From Acidobacteriota bacterium (GTDB taxonomy: Bacteria > Acidobacteriota > Polarisedimenticolia > Gp22-AA2 > AA152), in assembly GCA_022616665.1 (NCBI GenBank), contig JAKEFJ010000048.1, positions 1-48,790 of the forward strand: DNA of 48,790 nucleotides. Reading direction: 5' to 3'. The notes under the pieces are model-generated. The model worked only from the letters and a program-made list of their open reading frames with translations. It had not been told where the DNA came from and searched no databases. Positions 9,526 to 17,874 of this stretch are shown here, piece after piece; within the stretch, counting starts at the first letter, position 1, and every line of letters starts with the position of its first letter. The position numbers and the translations under genes are program-made.

Positions 9526-10169
9526 CAGCGCGATCTCCTGGCCACGACGATGCAATTGGGTAAAAATTCCCGGTGTATTCCCAAGCGGCGGAGCACCTGG
9601 AACGCCGCAAGGATCGCCGCACGGCGCATGGCGCCACCCCCCACGATCAGCCGCAGGAAAAAGTCGAACGGCTCATTTCGTTCCAGGGGCACGAGCACCT
9701 CTGGAGACCAAAGAGAGGCATGCGCGTAATACCGGTCGACGATTCCGAATCCCTGCCGGCGAAGCTGAGAGAGGATGATTCGGCTCTTGAGCCCCACGGC
9801 GCGCTCCCCGTGAAGCGCGACAATCCAGCGGCCGTCCTCGGTCAGCATCGCTGCGGCCTTTTCCCGGTGAAGCCTGGAGCTCCATCCGCCAATCTCCTCC
9901 AGAATGAAATCGAATCCTCGACCGCCTACGGCCCGCGGAGCGGAGAGGCCTCGCTCGACTTGAACGCCGCTGGCTTTGAGGAGCTTGAGCAGCTCGGCGC
10001 CCGGTTCGCCCAGGACCATCGCCCGCTGCCCAGGCGCCGGAAACAAGAGACTGCGCCAGACAGGCGCGGAGCCTCGGGTCCAGGATGTGATCCCATCCCA
10101 GGTCTCCCCCGGTTTCCGCGGGGCTCTCACGGAATTCTCTAAATCCTTATGAAGGTGTAGCTCCGCCAT
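9525..10169 (-). CDS. Hypothetical protein, possible degenerate methyltransferase-like fold
   Basis: RAMVLGEPG..GFDFIL..LTEDGRWIV echoes the MTase strand order but lacks a proper GxGxG motif. Coupled to the kinase gene. Confidence 0.5.
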   Translation of the reverse strand: MAELHLHKDLENSVRAPRKPGETWDGITSWTRGSAPVWRSLLFPAPGQRAMVLGEPGAELLKLLKASGVQVERGLSAPRAVGGRGFDFILEEIGGWSSRLHREKAAAMLTEDGRWIVALHGERAVGLKSRIILSQLRRQGFGIVDRYYAHASLWSPEVLVPLERNEPFDFFLRLIVGGGAMRRAAILAAFQVLRRLGIHREFLPNCIVVARRSR

Positions 10170-10192
10170 TGAGGGCGCTCTCTCCCGTCGCG

Positions 10193-10205
10193 TTAAACCG
10201 TTTAA
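10193..10205. promoter_or_regulatory. AT-rich palindrome TTAAAC-C-GTTTAA, candidate operator
   Basis: Perfect 6-1-6 inverted repeat in the 46-bp gap after the NusG paralog. Confidence 0.3.
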
Positions 10206-10215
10206 TTAGAAAAAC

Positions 10216-10734
10216 TTACGAACCTAAGCCAGCCGCAGCTACCGGCCGCAGGAACTCTGGATCACAGTCGAGTGCTGCCTGGCGCCGGAAAAGCTCGAGC
10301 AGGATTCGGATCCGCTCGCCGCCGTTGAGGTGCGCTTCCACGCTCCCCTCAAAGCCGGCGAAAGGTCCTTCCACAATCCGCACCCGGGCTCCTGGCGCGA
10401 GGCAGCGGCGGTGCGGTCGATGGCGCAGCACGACGCGCTCCAGCTTGCGAATCTCCGCGAGCATCTCCTCGCCGATCGGAACCGGTGAGTCACCACTGGT
10501 AATCACACGCACCAGACCCGGGGTCCATCGGATCCCCGGATAGTCCTTCGCAAAGAAGAGCTTCACGAAGAGATAGCCGGGAAAAAGCGGCGATTCTTCG
10601 AAAAACCGCTTGCCTGCGCGACGGCGTCTTTGACGGATGCTGGGGCAATAAGTCTCCAGACCCGCACGTCCCAAAGCGGCCGACACCAGCCGCTCTCGCC
10701 GGGGTTTGGTCTGGACTGCGTACCAGAACGACAC
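10216..10734 (-). CDS. NusG paralog (RfaH/UpxY/LoaP-like) transcription antiterminator
   Basis: WYAVQTKPRRE..PLFPGYLFV (NGN domain) and GARVRIVEGPFAGFEG (KOW). GTG start with SD AAGGAG. Confidence 0.92.
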   Translation of the reverse strand: MSFWYAVQTKPRRERLVSAALGRAGLETYCPSIRQRRRRAGKRFFEESPLFPGYLFVKLFFAKDYPGIRWTPGLVRVITSGDSPVPIGEEMLAEIRKLERVVLRHRPHRRCLAPGARVRIVEGPFAGFEGSVEAHLNGGERIRILLELFRRQAALDCDPEFLRPVAAAGLGS

Positions 10735-10752
10735 GATGCGCTCCTTCCGACC

Positions 10753-10992
10753 CTAGCTGCGGCTTCCGTTACCGTTGCCGGCACTCTCGATTTCGCCCGC
10801 GGGGACGAGCCTGTTCTTTTCGAGCCATCTCAGCAGCTCCGACCTCTTGTAGCGAAGCGAGGCGTTTGGACTGCTCCCCAGCCGGTAGCAGGGAATCACC
10901 TGCTCCCGGGTGAGCTGCCACAACTTGGTCCGGCCGATCTTGAGATACCTTCGAGCCTCTGCACTGGTGAGGATTTCTTCTTTTCTCGCCAT
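10753..10992 (-). CDS. Excisionase-family (HTH_17/MerR-like) DNA-binding protein
   Basis: EILTSAEARRYLKIGRTKLWQL..IPCYRLG..LRYKRSELLRWLE. Confidence 0.85.
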   Translation of the reverse strand: MARKEEILTSAEARRYLKIGRTKLWQLTREQVIPCYRLGSSPNASLRYKRSELLRWLEKNRLVPAGEIESAGNGNGSRS

Positions 10993-11028
10993 GTTTACCT
11001 TGCCCCTCTTTGTTTAAGACTCCCCCAG

Positions 11029-12366
11029 CTAGAAAATCCTGAACGTCATTCCAAGAAAGTAATTGTCTACACGCTGCGTGTCGCCAGCCACCCCTGAGTT
11101 TTTTTGCTCGCGGAAGTTGGCAAGCGCGGTGAGACTGCACCACTCGGTGATGGAGTAGCCGCCGCTCAGAGCCAAACCCTCGGACTCGATGTCCACGGCG
11201 GTGGTAGCGCCACCCAACGATTCCCACTTGCTGTAGTCCAGCGCGATTCCGTAGGTGAAATTCCGGCCAATCTTCGAATGGAAGCTCGCGTAGAGTGAGT
11301 CTCCCACGGTGACGGTGTCGGCGCCTGTGTCAGCCGTGAGCCGACGCTGATACCCGCCCTCCAGATCGAATCGAAGGAACGACCGCCTCATACCGGCCCG
11401 ACCGATGAACAAGCGCTGGCTCCGGCTCCTTTCATCCGTTTCGTTGGTCTCCGATTCGATTTGTCCAGGTTGACAGATAATCGTTCGGGTGTAGTCGCGC
11501 ACCTGCTGATCCACCAGGGAAGAGCCCACATAGAGTTCCGTAGACCACGCTCCGGCCCTCGAATGATCCCAGCCGATCCCGAACTGGTTAGCGGTGGATC
11601 CCTGGGTTTGGGAAACGGTCTGGGTCACCAGTTGATCCGCAACGGCCCCAGCACAGGGATCGGCATTGAACGCGGGCTCTGAAGAGTAGAAGGTGATGAA
11701 CGCTGGAGCATAGAGGCCTGTCAGGGTGTCTTCCCTTCCCAGGACTCCAGTCAAGCTCACATTGCCAATGAGACCGTTATTGTCGGTGAAATCAGGATCG
11801 TCGAATCGATTGGCGTAGTACTGGACACCCCCCGTCCACGAGAGGGAACGGGAAAGCCCTTGCGAAAAATTTACCCCCGAGAGGTTGCGCCATCGTTTCT
11901 GGGTATTCGTGAGAATGGGTGAGTCGCCGGTTTCCGGGGTCGCCACGATAATGGGATCGCGGCTCAACGTGAAAGCCTCGCGAATCTGCAAGCTTGTGCG
12001 CTCGCTCAAGCGGTAGTTGGCCGCACCGTAGAAGGCCTGACTGAAGGAGTCCAACTCCGAAAAATCCAGATAATGGCTCAGGACCGGCCGGTAATTGAGC
12101 GACCACTCCGTCCTGGGGGTGTGGCGCCTCACATTCAGCTCCAGGGCCAACGTGGTGATGTAATCACTCTGGGGAGCGCCAGCGGAAAAGAAGACATTCG
12201 AGTTGGGTCGCTCACCAATGGTCGCGGTTAGATGATATTCATCGGGTCCCTGGGTTCCTACCGCGAGGGCCTGGCCCCGGGCGATTCCGGTCCCACCCGC
12301 CAGGGCCAGTCCCAGCGAGAGGCTCATCGAAATGGGTCGGTGGGAACGAGGGGATCGGCTGCTCAC
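11029..12366 (-). CDS. Outer-membrane beta-barrel associated with polysaccharide export
   Basis: Signal peptide, alternating amphipathic strands and a C-terminal FLGMTFRIF beta-signal. GTGA overlap with the OPX gene. Confidence 0.8.
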   Translation of the reverse strand: MSSRSPRSHRPISMSLSLGLALAGGTGIARGQALAVGTQGPDEYHLTATIGERPNSNVFFSAGAPQSDYITTLALELNVRRHTPRTEWSLNYRPVLSHYLDFSELDSFSQAFYGAANYRLSERTSLQIREAFTLSRDPIIVATPETGDSPILTNTQKRWRNLSGVNFSQGLSRSLSWTGGVQYYANRFDDPDFTDNNGLIGNVSLTGVLGREDTLTGLYAPAFITFYSSEPAFNADPCAGAVADQLVTQTVSQTQGSTANQFGIGWDHSRAGAWSTELYVGSSLVDQQVRDYTRTIICQPGQIESETNETDERSRSQRLFIGRAGMRRSFLRFDLEGGYQRRLTADTGADTVTVGDSLYASFHSKIGRNFTYGIALDYSKWESLGGATTAVDIESEGLALSGGYSITEWCSLTALANFREQKNSGVAGDTQRVDNYFLGMTFRIF

Positions 12367-12959
12367 GGCACGACCACCGTGTCGCCGGGCTCGAGTATCA
12401 AGTTCTGCTCCGGGCTTTTGCCGCTGAGGATTTTTTCGTAGTTGACGGTGATTCGCGCGCCGTTTTTACCGTTATTACGGATGATGATGATTTCTTTCTT
12501 TTTCGCAAAGGCGGTGAAGCCCCCGGCCAGCGAAATGACCTGCAGGAGATCGGTCTTGTTTTTCAAGATCAGGGCGCCCTGAGTGACCACCTCACCCATC
12601 ACATAGACTTTGTAGCTGTTCACTTCTTCAACGAGCACGGTGACCCGGGGCTCGCTCAGGTACTGCTTCAATCGCTCGGTCAGCACCAGTTTCAGCTCCA
12701 GGGGCGTGAGTCCCGCCGCCTGAAGATCGTCCAGCAGTGGAAATGAGATCTTTCCGTCGGGTCGAACGGGAACAGAGCGAGTCAAGTCCACTTCCTTCCA
12801 GACCTGGATATTCAGAACATCCCCAACGCCGATGCGGTAATCCCCGGCGGTGGAAGGGTCGGGCGCTTTCTCGGCAATGGGCGGGGCAGCCAAGCCAGGC
12901 GAAGCGATCGCCAGGGCGAGAACCCACGCTGCGGTGACACGCGGGAGACACTTCCACAT
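12363..12959 (-). CDS. Short OPX/Wza-family polysaccharide export protein (Poly_export + SLBB)
   Basis: YRIGVGDVLNIQVW..VRPDGKISFPLL..VYVMGEV..LEPGDTVVVP. Start ATG 12959 with SD GAGGAGG. No C-terminal outer-membrane helix. Confidence 0.92.
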   Translation of the reverse strand: MWKCLPRVTAAWVLALAIASPGLAAPPIAEKAPDPSTAGDYRIGVGDVLNIQVWKEVDLTRSVPVRPDGKISFPLLDDLQAAGLTPLELKLVLTERLKQYLSEPRVTVLVEEVNSYKVYVMGEVVTQGALILKNKTDLLQVISLAGGFTAFAKKKEIIIIRNNGKNGARITVNYEKILSGKSPEQNLILEPGDTVVVP

Positions 12960-13101
12960 CAACGAACCTCCTCGGGCCAGGGCCCAAGCCATCGAGTTTC
13001 ACTCCGCCACGAGAACGGGAAGCAAGCAGATACGCTTTTGTACCGATTTAGCCTTGAATAGAGCTCGGCTACCCATTTCCTTTTTGAAATGGGGATATCC
13101 C

Positions 13102-13125
13102 TCTCTGGGAATCCCGCCCCAGAGA
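13102..13125. other. 8-bp hairpin TCTCTGGG-N8-CCCAGAGA in the operon leader
   Basis: Perfect inverted repeat read directly; adjacent to the palindrome GGGATATCCC. Confidence 0.45.
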
Positions 13126-13148
13126 ATCGAAAAATTACAATTTCGGGA

Positions 13149-13177
13149 TTGACAGCACCGAGGGGGCGTCGTATATT
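13149..13177 (+). promoter_or_regulatory. Sigma70-like promoter TTGACA-N17-TATATT, antisense to the glycan operon leader
   Basis: Perfect -35, 17-nt spacer, 5/6 -10; no credible plus-strand gene downstream. Confidence 0.6.
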
Positions 13178-13183
13178 TGACGC

Positions 13184-13332
13184 GAGAAACAGGCCTGACT
13201 CGTTATCCGATGATGAGGGGAGATTATTCTTAGCACGATACACCCCTGCCTGTTTGCGTCAGTTGTTCTGTTCGACACCCCGCCTTTTGCTTGGCAGTTC
13301 CCCGACCGGGGACTGTCAACGTTCCCTTTTTC
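13184..13332 (+). ncRNA. Candidate ~150-nt antisense/small RNA
   Basis: Starts behind the plus-strand promoter and ends at a 12-bp hairpin (13291-13319, two G-U pairs valid on this strand) followed by T5 at 13327-13331. Confidence 0.35.
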
Positions 13333-13418
13333 TCTCGATACTCGACTCAGCTGCTTCCATGCCCAGTTTCTGGATGGAAACACCTGCTCCGAGCTGTTTG
13401 CTCGTCCGTATGGGTGGT

Positions 13419-13447
13419 ACGATACGGCGTAACTAGTTGCTTGTCAA
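13419..13447 (-). promoter_or_regulatory. Sigma70-like promoter TTGACA-N17-TATCGT for the glycan operon
   Basis: Perfect -35 (13447-13442), 17-nt spacer, TAnnnT -10 (13424-13419); implies a ~450-nt leader. Confidence 0.55.
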
Positions 13448-13667
13448 GAGAAAAACTGGCTTCAGTTTGTTGACATCGACCGCCCAACAGTTTCGTTTTT
13501 GCCATTCTAACTTGTTCGAAGGAAACCAATTATGAGCAGTATGGATGCGAAGGTGCGAAGGTGCACTTCGAACAGAATGAAACAATCCGGACACAGGCAG
13601 AACCATACCGATGCTTGATTGAGGGGAATCCAGTGAAGGAGAATATTCGAGGATAAGCTTCGCGACT

Positions 13668-15716
13668 TCACGAGTCGAAGGATTTGCCGAACCGATCTTC
13701 CAACTCCGCACGAGCCACCTCCAGCAGATCCAGATCGCGCGGGAGATCAGCAACTCGCAGATCAGGAGTTCCCGATTGCCGGACTCCAAGAAATTCCCCG
13801 GAGCGTCTCAGCGAGAGATCTCGACGCGCAATCTCAAAACCATCGGAAATCTCAGCCAAGATTCTCAGGCGCTCCACTCCCTGGGGCGTGGTTCGCTCCG
13901 CCGGAATCAGGATGCACCAGGATGGGCGAATTCCGCGCCCGACCCGACCGCGGATCTGATGAAGCTGAGCCAGTCCGAATCGGTCCGCCTGCTCCACCAC
14001 CATGACGGACGCCTCAGGCACATCCACACCCACCTCCAATACGGTGGTGGAAACCAGAACCTGGACCGCTCCACTTGAGAACTCCCGCATGATCCGCTGG
14101 CGCTCTTCCCAGGAGAGCTTGCCATGAAGGAGTCCGACCTGTAGATCCGGGAAAACGCTGGAAGAGAGCCGGCGAAAGGTATTCATGGCCGAGCTTTCCG
14201 GCGCCAGCTGCGAGTCTCGAATGGCTGGAACCACAATGGCCGCCCTTCCCCCGCGTCCCACTTCCTCCCGAATGAATCGGTAAACCTTCTCCCTCTCTTG
14301 AGGAGCCCGTACGGCCGTCCTGACCGGCACTCTCCCGGGGGGCATCTCATCGATAAGAGAAACATCCAGGTCTCCATACAGGGCCATAGCCAGTGAGCGA
14401 GGGATGGGAGTCGCGGTCATGATGAGCTGGTGGGGGTTGCTCCCCTTTCCTCCAAGAAGCTCCCGCTGTCGGACACCGAATCGATGTTGCTCATCCACCA
14501 CAACCAGCGCCAGCCGCCGGAAGCGGACCGCATCCTGAATCAGAGCATGGGTTCCGATTGCCAAGCCCACGCGACCCTGGGCGATGGAAGCCAGCAGCTC
14601 CCCTCCTGACGAAACTCGAGATTGGGACGTGAGCAGGGCCATTGCATGGCTCGTCTTGCTCAGTAACTCTTCGGCGCTACGCGCGTGCTGCTCAGCCAGG
14701 ATCTCGGTCGGAACCATCCAGGCCACTTGATACCCCCTCTCCATGACCGCAATCGCCGCCAGGAGTGCCACCACGGTTTTGCCACACCCGACATCTCCTT
14801 GAAGCAGCCGCCCCATGGGATAGCTCCTGCCGAGATCCGCCAGAATTTCCGCCAGCGCTCTTTTCTGCGCATCCGTCAGGTTGAAGGGAGCGAGGGCGAT
14901 CAGTCCCTCTTGCCGATCGGGGGGAACGAAACATGGGAATCCCTCGCGTGAGCGGCGTTGGCCGCGGGCGCGGGCGAATGCGCATTGGAGGCGGTACAGC
15001 TCTTCCAGCGCCAGCCTTCGATGGGAGATGGTGAGCCCTTGCGCCAAGAGGCTCGCCTCGGTCCCGGCAGGCGGGAAGTGAACGTTTCGCAGGGCGCTCG
15101 CTCGATCCTCGAGCGACAAGCGCCGCACCGTCGCTTCAGGTAGCGGGTCCTCCATCGCTTCGGGAAGCGTCGCAAGCGCCCGATGGATGAGGGTGCGCAA
15201 CGAGCGCGTGGACAGATCCGCAGTGCGCCGATAGATGGGGACGATCCGTCCCGTGTGAGTACCCTCAGGGTCATCGCCCAGCACCTCGAACTGAGGGTTT
15301 TTGAAGAGGGGGAGTGGAGGCCCCTGTTCTGGGAGAGACGGGACGCCATGAAGCACCACCAGGCTGCCGTCCTTCAGGACATTCCGCAAATAAGGCTGGT
15401 TGAACCATCGAGCCGCAATCCCGCCGGTCTCGTCCTCCAGCCGCAGATCGAAAAGAGTGAATCCGCGAATCCTGGTTCTCCTCAGGCGGGCGTTTCGTAC
15501 CGTTCCCCGCACCGTCGCTGGAGCATCCACCAAGAGATCAGCAACCGGAATGAAGCGGCTGCGGTCTTCATACCGGAATGGGAGGACCATGAGAAGGTCC
15601 TCCACGGTGGCGATCCCGGCTTCAGCCAGGCATTCAGCCCGGCGCGGGCCGATTCCGCGAAGCTCGGTCAGCGAGGAGCCGAGGCGGAGCACCACTTCCC
15701 GCTTGGTCCGGCCCAT
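13668..15716 (-). CDS. recG: ATP-dependent DNA helicase RecG
   Basis: LLQGDVGCGKT, VVDEQHRFG, MTATPIPRSL, LAQLHQIRGRVGRG and DGFEIARRDL motifs. Confidence 0.97.
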   Translation of the reverse strand: MGRTKREVVLRLGSSLTELRGIGPRRAECLAEAGIATVEDLLMVLPFRYEDRSRFIPVADLLVDAPATVRGTVRNARLRRTRIRGFTLFDLRLEDETGGIAARWFNQPYLRNVLKDGSLVVLHGVPSLPEQGPPLPLFKNPQFEVLGDDPEGTHTGRIVPIYRRTADLSTRSLRTLIHRALATLPEAMEDPLPEATVRRLSLEDRASALRNVHFPPAGTEASLLAQGLTISHRRLALEELYRLQCAFARARGQRRSREGFPCFVPPDRQEGLIALAPFNLTDAQKRALAEILADLGRSYPMGRLLQGDVGCGKTVVALLAAIAVMERGYQVAWMVPTEILAEQHARSAEELLSKTSHAMALLTSQSRVSSGGELLASIAQGRVGLAIGTHALIQDAVRFRRLALVVVDEQHRFGVRQRELLGGKGSNPHQLIMTATPIPRSLAMALYGDLDVSLIDEMPPGRVPVRTAVRAPQEREKVYRFIREEVGRGGRAAIVVPAIRDSQLAPESSAMNTFRRLSSSVFPDLQVGLLHGKLSWEERQRIMREFSSGAVQVLVSTTVLEVGVDVPEASVMVVEQADRFGLAQLHQIRGRVGRGIRPSWCILIPAERTTPQGVERLRILAEISDGFEIARRDLSLRRSGEFLGVRQSGTPDLRVADLPRDLDLLEVARAELEDRFGKSFDS

Positions 15717-15717
15717 C

Positions 15718-16614
15718 TCAATGAGATCCCAGCGGCGCGGATTTCGATGGTTGGAGTGAAAGGAGAATGCCGGAGGCGATCATTCCTCCCCCGGCGAGGA
15801 GCGACGGTGTGATCGGCTCCCCGAACAGAATCCAGGCATAGACCGTGGCCAGGATGGGCTCGCCGAAGGCCGCCAGATTCACGAGGTAAACTCTGAGATG
15901 TCGCACAGCCCAGTTGAGGCAGCCGTGGCCGACCAAAGTGGGAAGGATGGCGAGGGCTGCCAGGTAGAAGTAGTCCCTTGCTGGGTAGCCGGTGAGGGGC
16001 TGTCTCGCTGCCAGGGCGGCCGCGGCGAGAAAGATCGCGGCGGTCGCGCAGAGGAGAAAAAAGTAGGTCACGAAAGAGACCCGGCTGCGAACCGCTCTCC
16101 CTACCACGAAGCATCCGGCGCCGGCCGCGGCAGCCACCACCGCCAAGGCGTCGCCCATGAGGCGCTTGCCGGAGATCCCCCAATCGGCTCGCGAGATGAG
16201 CAGAGTTCCCGCCACCGAGACGGCAATCCCCACATAGAATTTGGCGGGCGCGCGCTCCTCAAGCGCGAATCCTGAAATCAGCGCCGAGAACAGCGGCTGG
16301 GTGGATACCAGCACCACCGAGCTACCGATGCTGGTGAGATCCAACGACCATATCCACGCCCCGAAATGGACGGCCAGGAACGCGCCGGCCAACACGATGC
16401 GGCCGAGCACGTTGGAAGGGATTGAAGAGAAATGAAGCCTGCGAAGCGCAAAGGGAGCCAGCAGCGCTGCCGCCAGCGCCATCCGATAGCAGGCAATGGA
16501 AAGCGGCGGGGCATGACAGAGCCGAACAAAGATGGAACCCCAGGAAATCGCCAGGACCGCGAGCACGAGGGCGACGCCCGGGGAGAGCGCTTGATTCGCC
16601 TCGCGCGACGGCAA
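15718..16614 (-). CDS. DMT/EamA family transporter
   Basis: Ten TMs in two EamA repeats; GEPILAT..ILFGE motif. TTG start with SD GGAGG. Confidence 0.9.
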   Translation of the reverse strand: MPSREANQALSPGVALVLAVLAISWGSIFVRLCHAPPLSIACYRMALAAALLAPFALRRLHFSSIPSNVLGRIVLAGAFLAVHFGAWIWSLDLTSIGSSVVLVSTQPLFSALISGFALEERAPAKFYVGIAVSVAGTLLISRADWGISGKRLMGDALAVVAAAAGAGCFVVGRAVRSRVSFVTYFFLLCATAAIFLAAAALAARQPLTGYPARDYFYLAALAILPTLVGHGCLNWAVRHLRVYLVNLAAFGEPILATVYAWILFGEPITPSLLAGGGMIASGILLSLQPSKSAPLGSH

Positions 16615-16652
16615 ATAGGATTACCTCCCGAGGGATAAGGCGCCGGGAATCC

Positions 16653-17801
16653 TCAGCGGGCTGGGCCGGGAGAGGAGGCCGGGAAGGGTGCCGTCTGGCC
16701 TGCCCCCATGGGAGTTCCGCCCCCGTAGCGTTCATCGAACATCCGGCCCCATTTGGTGCCTCTGAAGCGGGAAATCCTTGCTCGACCCACCGTGGGGTAC
16801 CACATCCAGTCATGGTAGACGTTGGAGGCGAAGGGCGCCCAAACCACCAGCGGGGAATGCAGCGCCAGCTTCTCCAGAAACCGAAGCGGCCCCAGCCGGA
16901 GCATTTGATCTCCCCAGATGACGAAGCTCTTGCTCGTCTTGAATCCCCAACTCTCTCCTTCGATGGAATCCCCGACCACCTCGATCTGCTTTGGATCGCC
17001 AACTCCAAGGCCTCGTTCGTGGCAGATTCGCAAGTAGGGGATGCTCAGGGGGTCGAACCCCATGAGCTTAGCCGCCACCGCATCAATGGCCACCGGATCG
17101 GCTGAAGCGAGGATTACGTCTTTGATCACCGGTACCATGGTCCTCGGCCCGGCGCCATTCCCCGCCACGGTCCCATCCATGACGGTGAAAACGGCGGGAT
17201 GGATCTCGCGCTGCATCATCACGAGATCCACCAGCACTTCGTGGATGTATTTGTGGGCGTAATGGCGCACTTCTTTGAGCAGTCCGCCGAAGGCATTCTT
17301 GATGGACCCGGTGGTGGTGGAATGCCCGTGGGTCTTTACCGTGGGAAGGTGGAGGATGTTTCTGCCCGGGTAGATGGAGGGAATCTCAATCCCCTCGGGG
17401 AAAATCTGGTTCAAGCGCAGCAAGGGAGACTTGAAATGGTAGACCATCCAGCTCACTTCGGTCAGGGGCTGGAACTTCAATCCGAACCGATCCAGCACGG
17501 GAAGCCATCGGTTGTCTCTCGCTCCCGCCCACGGCTCGGTGACGACCGTCTTATTCTCCACCGGCGTGAGCCGCGCGTTGGAGTACCCGTCCTGCCGGAG
17601 CGTTCCGAGCACCCCCTCCAGTTGCCACGGCTGACTGGAGCAGGATGGGAAGTACTTGGTCCACGAAAGGTTCAGTTTCAAGAGGAGCGGAATGGAAGGA
17701 TCCAGGGCCTGGCGATAGTCCGCCAGGTGCATGAGGCGTCCATAATCGTTGAGCACCCTGCTCGGGTCGGTGCGGATCACGGCAACACGGGATGAGGTCA
17801 T
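16653..17801 (-). CDS. DUF362 family protein, no ferredoxin extension
   Basis: LPTVKTHGHSTTTGSIKNAFG, DGTVAGNGAGP and ASADPVAIDAVAAKLMGFDP signatures. Confidence 0.85.
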   Translation of the reverse strand: MTSSRVAVIRTDPSRVLNDYGRLMHLADYRQALDPSIPLLLKLNLSWTKYFPSCSSQPWQLEGVLGTLRQDGYSNARLTPVENKTVVTEPWAGARDNRWLPVLDRFGLKFQPLTEVSWMVYHFKSPLLRLNQIFPEGIEIPSIYPGRNILHLPTVKTHGHSTTTGSIKNAFGGLLKEVRHYAHKYIHEVLVDLVMMQREIHPAVFTVMDGTVAGNGAGPRTMVPVIKDVILASADPVAIDAVAAKLMGFDPLSIPYLRICHERGLGVGDPKQIEVVGDSIEGESWGFKTSKSFVIWGDQMLRLGPLRFLEKLALHSPLVVWAPFASNVYHDWMWYPTVGRARISRFRGTKWGRMFDERYGGGTPMGAGQTAPFPASSPGPAR

Positions 17802-17874
17802 CGGCAGCTCCGGGGAAGTTCCGTCCAGACGGGCCTTTCCCGCTTATTCTAGCGTCAGACCCATCGACTTGCAA

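Noticed and set aside
10753-10992. Excisionase as evidence of a prophage or integrative element
   Set aside because: No integrase, att-like repeat, tRNA or phage gene in the window; the gene sits inside a glycan operon.
13068-13074. GGGTAGC (minus strand) as an RfaH ops/JUMPstart site
   Set aside because: Only a partial match to GGCGGTAGnnTG; the JUMPstart context is absent.
13225-13295. c-di-GMP-I (GEMM) riboswitch suggested by GACGCAAA on the minus strand
   Set aside because: The preceding GGCAAAC-stem-GAAA P2 hairpin is missing and the spacing is wrong; an Infernal scan would settle it.
13349-13365. Sigma54 promoter (GG-N10-GC, minus strand GGGCATGGAAGCAGCT)
   Set aside because: Both the TGGC and TTGC cores deviate; too weak to call.
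12959-13789. Short ORFs in the OPX-recG gap (12959-13243, 13089-13436, 13135-13383, 13433-13789)
   Set aside because: No convincing SD or motifs, atypical composition, and overlap with promoter-like sequences and hairpins.
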